A stretch of DNA of 63,671 bases, the filler included, from Octopus bimaculoides (Eukaryota): assembly GCF_001194135.2 (NCBI RefSeq). It is 9 parts of 6 records of this genome, joined end to end, with 100 filler letters (N's around TTAATTAATTAA, not from the genome) between each part and the next. Parts side by side here need not be neighbours in the genome. Positions count along the whole stretch, not along the records: positions 37,719 to 41,849 come from NC_068988.1; positions 41,950 to 44,256 come from NC_068984.1; positions 44,357 to 53,433 come from NC_068982.1; 6 more parts are not named here. One strand, given 5' to 3'. A program made the position numbers and the translations under genes. The notes below the pieces were generated by a model. That model made no database searches. It was not told where the DNA came from and saw only the letters and a list, made by a program, of their open reading frames with translations. Shown piece after piece: positions 38,930 to 50,414 of this stretch. The first letter of the stretch is position 1. Each line of letters starts with the position of its first letter.

Positions 38930-39016
38930 GCAGTAGTAGTAGTTGTAGTAGCAGTAGTAGTATTTGTAGTTGCAGCAGCAGCAGCAGTAGTTGTAGTTGT
39001 AGTAGTAGTAGTAGTA

Positions 39017-39222
39017 AAGTGGTGAGCTGGCAGAATCGTTAGTACACCGGGCAAAATGCTTAGTGGTATTTCGCCCGTCTTCAAATTCCACCGAGGTCGA
39101 CTTTGTCTTTCGTCCTTTTGTGGTCGATAAAATAAGCACCAGTTGAGTACTGAGATCGATGTAACCAACTTACCCCTCCTCCGGAATTGCTGGCCTTGTG
39201 CCAAAATTTGAAACTTTGAAAC
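39017..39222 (+). mobile_element. SINE-B with (TTA)n tail at 39223-39260
   Basis: ggtgagctggcagaatcgttag...ggccttgtgccaaaatttgaaac. Confidence 0.9.
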
Positions 39223-39260
<38 letters not shown>

Positions 39261-39262
<2 letters not shown>

Positions 39263-39826
39263 CGCACAACAGATTAAACTGTTGGAAAAGAAAAATTACT
39301 AACCTCGGGCTACAACAAGTAACTTTAGATGCCTAGAACCCGCCTAAGTATCCCAGCTGTTCCTAATAACACTGTTTTCTGGAGCTGTGCTAACTAGATT
39401 TTAGGCCTATTTCCTGTTCAAATCATTAGGGAGAGTTCCTATAACTACTGGGGTACATTTTACCCGCACTTTCCATAGTCCCTGTAGTTCAAAAGTTAAG
39501 TCCTGGTACTTTACTATTTCCTCTATATCATATTCAATTTTTCATCATTTGGGACTGTAAAGTCAATTCTCTGGCACTCTCTATTCTCTTTATCTGCTAG
39601 CAGTAAATCAGGTCTTCTAGCTTCTATTACTCTGTCAGTCTGAATGTTAAAGTCCTATAACATTTTATATTTCTTACTTTCTAGTACATTACTCGGTTCA
39701 AATCTTAGCTTTCTATATAACTTCTAGGTTGTCATGTCTTTTCTTGCATTCTTTCTATGCCAGCATGCTACATTCACTTACTATATGAATAACACTTTCC
39801 TCTATTGATTTGTATAACCAACACTG
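39261..39826 (-). mobile_element. second R4/Dong-like family, 3' fragment (CCHC and RLE)
   Basis: CWLYKSIEESVIHIVSEC..KRHDN..DFNIQTDRVIEARRPDLLL..YQDL..PVVIGTL; the 3' end joins (TAA)n. Confidence 0.85.
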
Positions 39827-40106
39827 CTGCTTGCTCTTCTATTTCATCTTGGTGCTTTTGTGCTGCTCTCTCTCTTTGGATATCTCTCCTTTGTGCAATT
39901 AGAGGCTCCTTTTCATTTTGACATCTTTGAGCCTGTCTTCTGGCGTCTTTTTCTAATCTCTCTTATCTCACTTCTTGTGATTGATTTAATAACCTTAATG
40001 TATTGTTTAATCGTCTTGCGTCCAGTTCTTCCTGAGGGAGACTGGCTGTTCTTCGCCCTTGTCTCTCTCTGGATAACTTTTGCCTTCTATCTGATTGCTT
40101 CTCCAT
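39827..40106 (-). pseudogene. remnant with 23-aa charged repeats (STPR-like, possibly a Helitron N-terminus)
   Basis: NQSQEVR*ERLEKDARRQAQRCQ / NEKEPLIAQRRDIQRERAAQKHQ / DEIEEQ show a 23-residue register, with one internal stop. Confidence 0.4.
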
Positions 40107-40220
40107 AGCAGGTGGGTGAGTATATTTAATACAACGGAACACAAACTTCAAAACAAATGAGTATATGTGTGTGTGTGTGTGTATTTGTGTGTGTGTGTGT
40201 GTATGTGTGTGTGTGTGTGT

Positions 40221-41804
40221 GAGCTTGTGGCCCGGCACCTAGAGAAGCAAGCCCATACCGTCCAACAGCGTCTCCATCGTGGGATGCTGGACCGACGGAC
40301 CGTGAAATTGCTCGGAGTCTGGTTCGGTCCGGACCTCCAAATGGAGAAGAACTGGGACGAAATAACGACTAGAGTGACCACTCTCACCCAGCAATGGGCC
40401 GAGAGGAAGCTATCCCTAAAAGGTCGGGTGGAGGTGGCGAACGCGTACATCACATCCATCATCGATTACCGTCTGACCGTCGTGCCTTGTCCCGACCCTA
40501 CCATCACAAACTGAAACGCATACTCTTCTTCCGCTTCTTGTTGAAAGGAAGCATTCCGATGGTTAGGCGATCCATTTGCTGTCAACACATGCTAAATGGA
40601 GGGCTGGGCATGCCGTGGTTGATGATGCGCAGATACGCGCTGAGACTGCGACATCTCCGGCGCTTCATAGACGACGGTGAACAGGTGTGGTCACCGTTTG
40701 TGCGGCCCGCTTTCCCGCAGCTCGTCTCCTTGGCCGAACTGCAGTCGTGGATCAAACAGAGACCGAGGCAAGACGAATGGCACCGCGAATGTCGCATTGC
40801 CCTCAAGCAACTCTGCAGTCGGGGACCAAACTTGTGCGTCTTCATTACAACAAAGGCGTTCTATAGAAGATTAGTGGAGGGGAGGTGCGACGACGTTCTC
40901 GGGCAGAATCTGGGCGTCAACAATGAACACCCGACCCGCCTATTCAGGAAAACTTTCGGGCCGGGACCTATGGACAATCACCAAAGATACCTGGCCTGGC
41001 AGTGCTATCGAGAAGCATTCGGGATAAGCTCTACAAGCATGGTTCGAGACACACCGGACCGAGTTGCCCGAGATGCAGTCAGAGCGACGAAACCGTTCTG
41101 CACGCATTCGTGCAGTGTCCAAAGATTTCCAGCCTGTGGGCTTATGCCGGGCAGCTGCTGTCATGTGTGGGACGACTCCGCCTGTCGACCGAGTCTATCG
41201 TGAAAACTGCTCCGCCACCTTCCCTCAACCGGAAAGGCAAGGCAGTGTACTGGTGGCCGCGGTGAAAGAATGTGCGTGGTGGGCTCGAGCGAAAGGATTA
41301 GAGACAAAGACTTACCTCTCTGGCTAATCACTCGTCAACTTTTTCAAGTATCACTTGAAAAGGAAGGTGAGAATGGAGTGACAGGTTTTGTCTCGTGAAA
41401 CTTTCAAAAAAAGGTGGGTGAATATAGCAAAGATGGTGCGTACGAGTGACGAAACCACTTTGAGCATGATCCTGTAAATCGAAGAGAGAGAGAGAGAGAG
41501 AGAGGGAGGGAAAGAGCACTTTGCTCTCATGTGTTTATTCCCTTCCTGCCTGAGGTTACCGTGGTCTTTTCCGTTGGCTTTTCTTTCCACGGATAAACCT
41601 AATCTTACTTTTTACATTTTTAAAATTCTTCTGTGATACACGATCCTTTTGATCGCTTTTTTTTTTTTTTTACCCCCGATCCCTTTTGATAGAAGTTTTA
41701 CTTTTTTTTTCCTATTTTTCCCCTTTTTTTTATTTTCGAAAAGAAAAGCTCTACACTTGTATTTGTCCCCTCTGTGTTCAGCCCTGTGTGGCCAATAAAG
41801 AAAG
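40221..41804 (+). mobile_element. Tx1-like LINE 3' half (ORF2 C-terminus to 41476, then 3' UTR), frameshifted
   Basis: VKLLGVWFG..WAERKLSLKGRVEVAN..NGGLGMP.. and a zf-RVT-type CPRCSQSDETVLHAFVQC. It ends AATAAAGAAAG, then TATCTATCTATCC(TACC)n. Confidence 0.93.
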
Positions 41805-41949
41805 TTATCTATCTATCCACCTACTTACCTACCTACCTACCTACCTACTNNNNNNNNNNNNNNNNNNNNNNNNNNNNNNNNNNNNNNNNNNNNTTAATTA
41901 ATTAANNNNNNNNNNNNNNNNNNNNNNNNNNNNNNNNNNNNNNNNNNNN

Positions 41950-42108
41950 GGCTGTGTGGTAAGTAACTTGCTTATCAACCATATGATTCCAGGTTCAGTC
42001 CCACTGCGTGGCACCTTGGGCATTGGGCATGTGTCTTCTACTATAGCCTCAGGCCAACCAAAGCCTTGTGAATGGATTTAGTAGACGGAAACTGAAAGAA
42101 GCCTGTCG

Positions 42109-42152
<44 letters not shown>

Positions 42153-42350
42153 TATGTGTGTGTGTGTATGTGTGTCTCCCAGCATCACTTGACAACTGAT
42201 ATTGGTGTGTTTATGTCCTCGTAACCTAGCAGTTCACCAAAGAGACCGATAAAATAAGTATTAGGCTTACAAAGAATAAGTCATGGGGTTGATTTGTTCA
42301 ACTAAAGGTGGTGCTCCAGCATAGCCACAGTCAAATGACTGAAACAAATA
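41950..42350 (+). mobile_element. SINE-A copy
   Basis: ggctgtgtggtaag..ggttcagtccc..ggtgctccagcatagccacagtcaaatgactgaaac. Confidence 0.9.
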
Positions 42351-42368
42351 ACATAATAAAATAAAAGA

Positions 42369-42411
<43 letters not shown>

Positions 42412-43129
42412 TCAGTAAATAGTGGGGTTGTGTTAACCGCACGTGGAGAAATAATAGGAAAATGTAAAAAAGCCAGAATGCTGAACTGGGAGCATAATTT
42501 AAATTATGCTCCCAGTTCAGCATTCTGGCTTTTTTACATTTTCCTATATATATAGATATATATATATATATATAATAAGTGAAAAAATGTATTGTAAATG
42601 AATAGTAAATATGGTTGTGTAGATGACTGGTTATCTATTTGGTGCATATCTAATCCATTAGGATTACCATCTAAGCGTTACCCACCAACCATTCTTTTGG
42701 CCTTAAACCAGTATTTTGCTTGTTTCTTATTTATTTTGTCTTTGTCATTCGTCTATCATCTTGAATTACATTTATTCACTTTCTTGTGTCTACTTTCTTT
42801 ATAGCCTCTATTCCATGTATTGTTTGTCCTCAGTCCAATACTCTCTGCAACTTTCATTGGCTCCCCCAGTATGGGAAAACATCTCACTCTTATCGTTAAT
42901 GGTGCGAAACTGAGTAATACCACCTGGTTGGTAACGGATAAAGAATTAGGGACCTTCTGTTTTTGTTTTCTGTCTGTTTGTGCACTCAGTATATGTTTTT
43001 CCATTTGCCTGTGCATTCATTATACATTTTCTCGTTTGTGTTCTTACTATATATTTTTTCATTTATTAACAAATGGAATGCAATGCACTCTGGTTTATAT
43101 ATTTCTTTTATGCGCCCTTTTAAAGCCTG

Positions 43130-45290
43130 GCCAGGCTCATGGGCCCGGTTTCCTGCCTTCTATGGCATATGTGTTCCTCCTAGCTTGACAGGATGCCAGT
43201 CCATCGCAATATTACTCAAGAAACAGGAAGAAAGAGTGAGAGAAAGTTGGGGTGAAAGAGTACAACAGGGGTTGCCACCACCCCCTGCCAGAGCCTCGTA
43301 GAGCTTTTAGGTGTTTTTGCTCAATAAATACACACAATGGCCAGTCTGGGAATCGAAACTGCAAGCTTCTGACTGCAAGTCTGCTGCCCTAACCACTGGG
43401 CCATTGTGCCTCCATGGTTTATATATACTAGCTTAAAAGTTGTGAACCTTTTAGCTAGCTCCTGTGAAGAGCTAATTGGGCATGAGCCCCAAAACTGAAG
43501 TGGGCTAGATAGCTTTATTAAAATACGTCTGTATTGTCTATATACCCTGGTGGTGCTTAATCAGAGGCCAAGAATGGATGACAATTCACTCTGTAGTGCA
43601 ATCATTCTATTGTTCCAGTTCTAAATTGAATTTCAACTGTTGGCCAATTTACCTCAAAGTTCTTATCTCGATGTAAAATTAATGAAGCAAATGTCGTTTA
43701 TCTAGCCCTTGATCTCTGATGTCATCTAACAAACACCAACCAAAATTGGTAAAAGGTAAAGACATCTTTTGATCATGAATGACCATGGGATGGCACCTAG
43801 AATGTTCTCCCTCTGAGCACAAGTCTGGACAAGGTTGTTTTTATCGAAGACCAGCAGTCACCCTTGAATGCTATCTTCCCCTCTCCAAGCCACTGATGTT
43901 ATTACAAGGGAAAGGCAAAGGGTGATACAGCTTGGCACCAGTGACATTGCAACTCATTTCTACAACTGAGTGAACTGGAGCAACGTGAAATGAAGTGTAT
44001 TGCAGAAGAACATAACACTCAACCTGGTCCAGGAATCAAACTCACTATGTCATGATGTTCTAATCACTGAGCCATGCACCTTCACACACACATTCACCCC
44101 CACCCCCACACACTTATATATATATATATAATGTATATATGTATATAAGTATATTGATGCGTATATGTGTGTATGTGTGTGCATGTATATATATACATGT
44201 ACAAATATATATATATACATATGCACAGAAATATATACATATGTATGTTTAGATATNNNNNNNNNNNNNNNNNNNNNNNNNNNNNNNNNNNNNNNNNNNN
44301 TTAATTAATTAANNNNNNNNNNNNNNNNNNNNNNNNNNNNNNNNNNNNNNNNNNNNGAGATGGTGGCGAACCTTGCTGTACTCTTTCACCACAACTTTCT
44401 TTCACTCTTACTTCCTGTTTCTGTTGTGCTTGTAATTCAAAGGGCCACCCTTGTCACACATTGTGTCACGCTGAATATACCCGAAAACTACGTTAAGGGT
44501 ACACGTGTCTGTGGAGTGCTCAGCCACTTGCACGTTAATTTCACGAGCAGGCTGTTCCGTTGATCGGATCAACTGGAACCCTCGACGTCGTAAGCGACGG
44601 AGTGCCAACAACATATATAATGTCTTTCCAGAGTTTGACAAGTGCTCGCACACGAAACTCTCTGCCCTTGGGTCACTCTATAATAGATTTTATCTATTAT
44701 GCATATTATATGTGTTATAAGTATGGCAGAATCGTTATCGCACCGGGTAAAATGTTTAGCGGCATTCCGTCCGTCTTTATGTCCTGGGTTCAAATGTCGC
44801 CGAGATTGATTTTGCCTTTCGTCCTTTTAGGGTCGATAAAAAACGTACCAGTTGAATCCTGGGCCAATCTAATCAACTTGCCCCCTCCCGAAATTTCTGG
44901 CCTTGTGCCAAAACTTTAAATCAACACACACACATATATAAATATATTATATGCATATATTATATATTGTAATATGTAATATATATATAATATATGATGT
45001 ATTCTGCACATATATATGACGTATATATATCTTATGTAATATGTATGTTATTTATATATGTTATATAAATGTTATGTTTACTCAGCTGCCAAAAATCAGT
45101 TGCACTTGCATTTCAAAGGGCCAGCCTTGTCACACTATGTGTCCCGCTGAATCTCCTTGAGAACTACAGTAAGGGTACACGTATCTGTGGAGTGTTCAGC
45201 CACTTACACGTTAATTTCACGAGCAGATTATTCCGTTGATCGGATCAACTGGAAACCTCGACGTCGTATAAGCGACAGAGTGCCAGTCGA
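43130..45290. mobile_element. SINE cluster: D (minus 43130-43413), C (minus 43720-44080), D pieces (plus 44360-44650 and 45085-45290), B (plus 44722-44918)
   Basis: Matches to 49070-49440, 62259-62530 and 39017-39222. Confidence 0.75.
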
Positions 45291-45339
45291 TAAATGTTAC
45301 GTGTGTGTGTGTGTGTGTGTGTGTGTATCTTTTACTTTT

Positions 45340-45739
45340 TTACTCTTTTACTTCTTTCAGTCATTTGACTGCGGCCATGCTGGAGCACCGCCTTTAGTCG
45401 AGCAAATCGACCCCGGGACTTATTCTTTGTAAGCCTAGTACTTATTCTATCGGTCTCTTTTACCGAGCCGCTAAGTGACGGGGACATAAACACACCAGCA
45501 TCAGTTGTCAAGCAATGCTAGGGGGACAAACACAGACACACAAACACACACACATAAATATATATATACATATATACGACGAGCTTCTTTCAGTTTCCGT
45601 CTACCAAATCCACTCACAAGGCTTTGGTCGGCCGAGGCTATAGTAGAAGACATTTGCCCAAGATGCCACGCAGTGGGACTGAACCCGGAACCATGTGGTT
45701 GGTAAGCAAGCTACTTACCATGCAGCCACGCCTGCGCCT
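45340..45739 (-). mobile_element. near-intact SINE-A (tRNA-derived head, internal CA/TA microsatellite, CR1-like tail)
   Basis: The reverse complement reads aggcgcaggcgtggctgcatggtaag (A box)..gggttcagtccc (B box)..ggcggtgctccagcatggccgcagtcaaatgactgaaa. Confidence 0.92.
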
Positions 45740-46310
45740 ATGTATATATATATATATAATATTACATATAATGTACATATAGTATATCTTTCAAAAGAGG
45801 TAGCATTACCGTGGACCCTAGTTTAGAACTGTGAAAATCCATGTATGTCCAACATTCAGTCAATTATTAAACATAGCTTGTTTTACGATTTTCGTATGTC
45901 TTGTTTACATTTGAATACATCTCAGAGTGTATATCCAAGATCAGAGGAAAACTAGAGATTCGGTTAAATTTTTTTTTTATCAAAAGATCATAAATACCAT
46001 AACCTTTACATGTGTTTCACTAGCGTGAAATGTACTCATTCGTTCTTTCATTCTTACCAACGTCTGTTGCTCGGTTACCAAACTGACATTGGTAACCATC
46101 AATGGAGTAAATTATTGTTTTATTCAGATGATCAGACACCGTAGAGTGATTATGTATCTCTCCGCAACAATTACGGTGTAGCGTACAAATATACGCCAGT
46201 GAAACACTTGTAGTGATTATGTAATATTTGGTATTATAATAAAACAAATGTAACCGAATCTCCGAATTTCCATATTCAATACTGTAGGTATCATATAAAA
46301 CACATTATAT

Positions 46311-46407
46311 ATATATATACACGCACACATACACATACCTACATGCATGCCTACATACTTACATACAAGCATGCATACATACACACATACACAGATATAC
46401 ATGCATG

Positions 46408-46490
<83 letters not shown>

Positions 46491-47446
46491 AAAATGTATA
46501 CATTATATATATATGTGCATATATTTATATATGCATGTATATATGTGTATATACATATATGTACATGTATATGCATACGTGTAAACATATTTATACTATA
46601 CATTCTGTGTGCGAAAGAAGAGTAATATTAAACTGAATTTTTTAAAANNNNNNNNNNTGCATATATTTATATATGCATGTATATATGTGTATATACATAT
46701 ATGTACATGTATATGCATACGTGTAAACATATTTATACTATACATTCTGTGTGCGAAAGAAGAGTAATATTAAACTGAATTTTTTAAAATAATTTTAAAA
46801 AGCGAAAAATTAACAAATAATCATGCAAATATTTAAATGTATAAAAGCAAAGAAAAGGTAACTGGCTGAACTGCTGGAAGAGTGAGAAAGGAGCCTGGTG
46901 TATGACGTGTGTGTGTGGGGGGGGGAGTGTTAAGTAAAAGAGTATGGAGTAGGGGAGTATATGGTTCCTTGTGGAGAGTTTTTGAAGCAGAAAAGACGAA
47001 GATGAAAGGGAACCAGGCGAAAAGGAACAGAAGTTTGAAGATGGAATAGAAACAAGTTTGAAGTATGAATAGGTGAATATGATCGTGTGTGTGGGATTAT
47101 ATGTGTGTGTGAGTGTGAGTGTGAGTGAGTTAGCATAAATGTGTGTGAATGTCAATAAATTTATATTTACATATATGGAGGGTGTGTTGTGTATGTGTGT
47201 GCAGGAATATGTTTGTGAGTGTGTATTTTGTGCTTGTAAAAGATTATGTCCATGTGAGTTGCAGGCTCATATGTGCAAGTATGTATGCATGTATGTATGT
47301 ATGTATGTATGTATGTATGTATGTATGTATGCTTGTATGTATGCATGCATGTATGTATGTCTGTGTATGTGTGTATGTATGCATGCTTGTGTGTAAGTAT
47401 GTAGGCATGTATGTAGGTATGTGTATGTGTGCGTGCATATATATAT
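46311..47446. repeat. ~100-bp inverted repeats (46311-46412 / 47339-47446) of complex CA/TA sequence
   Basis: The arms match apart from about 4 substitutions and one 4-bp indel. Confidence 0.8.
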
Positions 47447-47455
47447 GTGTATTAA

Positions 47456-47488
<33 letters not shown>

Positions 47489-47661
47489 GTATGTGTTTAT
47501 GTATGTATGTATGTATGTATGTGTGCATGTGTGCGAGTGTTTATGGAGTATTTGCGTGTGTGTGTGTGTGTGGTTGTGTGTCTGCGGGGAGTTATATGTG
47601 TTTGGGTTACTGTTTGTGAGTCTAGTTGTGTATTTATGAGTGTGTGTGTGTGTGTATGTGT

Positions 47662-47692
<31 letters not shown>

Positions 47693-48022
47693 AGTGGGTG
47701 AGAGAGAGTGTGTGAGTGTGTGTGTGTGTGTGTATGTATGTGAGTGTGTGTGTGAGTGTGTGTGAGAGAGAGTNNNNNNNNNNNNNNNNNNNNNNNNNNN
47801 NNNNNNNNNNNNNNNNNNNNNNNNNNNNNNNNNNNNNNNNNNNNNNNNNNNNNNNNNNNNNNNNNNNNNNNNNNNNNNNNNNNNNNNNNNNNNNNNNNNN
47901 NNNNNNNNNNNNNNNNNNNNNNNNNNNNNNNNNGTGTGTGTGAGAGTGTGTGTGTGTGAGTGTGTGTGTAGTTGTTAGTTTTGAAACTGGGACCGCATGT
48001 GCTTGTAGTGTGTGGATGTAGT

Positions 48023-48063
<41 letters not shown>

Positions 48064-48147
48064 TGTGTTCAGTTATGTGGTTGAATCTATACTGATATAC
48101 CAGCCTGTATGTATATGTTATTTTGCGTATGTATTTTTTTCTATCGA

Positions 48148-48810
48148 TTTCAGCTCAAAGCTGTGGCCATGCTTGGGCACCGCCGTTTTGCTACACTGTT
48201 ATTATTGAAAGCCTCTTCTGATATGTGGCATTTGGTCAATAAGGGAGTTTTATGTCGCTGCCCTCATTTGAGCCCCTTTCTGCGAGGTAGGTTCATCTGG
48301 GACTCTTGATAGGAAGAAATCCAATTTTGTTTTGAAAATACCTACATTCACCTTGTGTAAGTCCCTCAGGCCGTTGCAGTAACTATTCTTGAAGCGTGAC
48401 GGCATTGTTGGGATCTTTGACACTGTGGAGTAGCGACCCGTTCTGGCATTTGCGTAGCTTTCAATGCCAAAAGTTGGTACAGTCCCTTCCAGGATCTTCC
48501 AGATGTATATTACTGCATATCTCTCTTGCCTTCGCTCCACGGAGTAGTCTTAGCTGTTTCAGCCTTTCCCAGTAGCTGAGCTGTTGCAATGTGATGCTCT
48601 TCTTTGTGAAGCTTCGCTGGATTACTTCAAGGTCCGTTGTTAATTTTACACTGTGGGGTGACCATAGTTGGGAGCAGTAGTCCAAGTAGCTGAGGACGAA
48701 TGTCCTCCAGAGGACCATCATGGTTTTCTTCTCTGTGGTTCTGAAGGTTCTCAGGGTCCATCCATCCAGCCCTCTGCACTTTGTCGCCATCTTGGTAATG
48801 TGCACTTGGA
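48148..48810 (-). mobile_element. CR1-group LINE 3' end
   Basis: LRTFRTTEKK..LWRTFVLSYLDYCSQLWSP..LSYWERLKQL..ERRQERY..FKTKLDFFLSRVPDEP..RAAT*NSLIDQ, followed by a short tail. Confidence 0.9.
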
Positions 48811-48909
48811 AAGTTGTTTTTCTCTATACGAGATCAACGGCTGTGTGTCGCTTAAAGAATATATAGTAATTGCAAGTGGAGAGAGATTTCGTCACTAACT
48901 TGTGGTTGT

Positions 48910-48953
48910 CTCACACTGAAGACGGATAATATCCAGAAACCTAGGTCTGTGAG
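48910..48953 (+). ncRNA. minimal type I hammerhead ribozyme (Penelope-type, palindromic stem III)
   Basis: CUCACA-CUGAAGA-C-GGAU(AAU)AUCC-A-GAA-ACCUAGGU-C-UGUGAG gives a perfect 6-bp stem I, a 4-bp stem II and a GUC cleavage triplet. Confidence 0.8.
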
Positions 48954-49069
48954 TATCATGTAAGGCTGGAAATGGGAGCGCGATAGCTAGTTGGAAAATA
49001 TGTTTTCCTGAGGCTAGAACAGCAGTAACTTTCTGTTGGCATATAAACATTTTTTTTAATATTGTTGTT

Positions 49070-49440
49070 ATTGGCACTCCGTCGAGGGTTCCAATTGATC
49101 CGATCAACAGAACAGCCTGCTCGTGAAATTAACGTGCGAGTGGCTGAGCATTCCACAGACACGTGTACCCTTTACGTAGTTCTCGGGGATATTCAGCGTG
49201 ACACAGAGTGTGACAAGGCTGACCCTTTGAATTACAGGCACAACAGAAAGAGGAAGTAAGAGTGAGAGAAAGTTGTAGTGAAAGAGTACAGCAGGGTTCG
49301 CCATCATCCCCTGCCGGAGCCTCGTGGAGCTTTTAGGTGTTTTTCGCTCAATAAACACTCACAACAACCGGTCTGGGAATCGAAACCGCGATCCTATGAC
49401 CGCGAGTCCGCTGCCCTAACCACTGGGCCATTGCGTCTCC
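49070..49440 (-). mobile_element. near-intact SINE family D (tRNA-derived)
   Basis: Head ggagacgcaatggcccagtggttagggcagcggactcgcgg..ggtttcgattcccaga carries A and B boxes. Confidence 0.88.
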
Positions 49441-50241
49441 ACCATATAAACATAACTATATATATATATTCACATACACATATACTCTGTATATAGATAC
49501 GTTTATAAACAGTTGTATATAGAGAAAATGTATTATGACTGTGGTCACGTTTGTTGAGAATGGCGATGAGGTAAACGTGTCAAAATGTGGAACTCTCTTA
49601 TAATTCATTGTAAAATGTCTCAGACAAAACAGAATCGGTAAGAATTCTTATGGTTGAAAGCAGCGTCAGAAAGATTTGCTAACCTTAGGTCAAGTAGCTC
49701 TAAAGGAGGAGGAAATATCGCCTTAAAAGGCTGACCTAAAAAAACAAAAGAATTATATTGTAACTCATACTTAAGAATGTTTAACTTTTTCATTTTTATA
49801 TTTTGCTCTTTATTCTGAAACGATTTTGTGGGCGATGGCCCTTGTGCAGAGGTAAGTTTTGTTATTTCACTTCCGGTGGTTGGATTTCCATTCGTATTGG
49901 GCGTCGTGTTTTTTTTTTTAATATAGTTTCACTCACGTGAAAGATTCTTTGACAGAAATTAAGACGATTTGCAGTTGTACCATTTTGCCTGTCCAAAGCG
50001 TTTTCACAAGTTTGCCCTAAGTCTCTGTGCTTGCTTTCAGACTTTTAGTTAGTCCTTGTTTCATGCGTTCTAATATAAAGCTTTTCTTTTAGATGTCCCA
50101 AATTACTTTGATGCGTCATATATGATACATGGACGTCAGGGAAATCTTTTACCTCTCATGTGTATCACGTGTAACACATGTGGTACAGGACGGACAAAAG
50201 ATTAAGCAATAAACGTGAAGTTTTGTACAACGATACTTAAC

Positions 50242-50414
50242 AGGCGTGGCTGTGTGGTAAAAAGCTTGCTTCCCAACCACACGGTCCCGGGTTCAGTCCC
50301 TCCGCATGGCACCTTGGGAAAGTGTCTTCTACTATAGTTTCGAGCCGACCGAAGCCTTGTGAGTGGATTTGGTGGACAGAAACTGAAAGACCTCCGTCGT
50401 ATATATATATATAT
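50242..50414 (+). mobile_element. SINE-A 5' half running into a gap
   Basis: aggcgtggctgtgtggtaa..gggttcagtccc..ggaaactgaaaga. Confidence 0.85.

Noticed and set aside
42807-42900. Phase-1 acceptor giving ASIPCIVCPQSNTLCNFHW...
   Set aside because: Odd Cys number, 11 kb from the signal exon across many elements, and no other support.
46514-46790. Exact ~130-bp tandem duplication across a 10-N gap
   Set aside because: This is a typical unmerged contig overlap, i.e. an assembly artefact.
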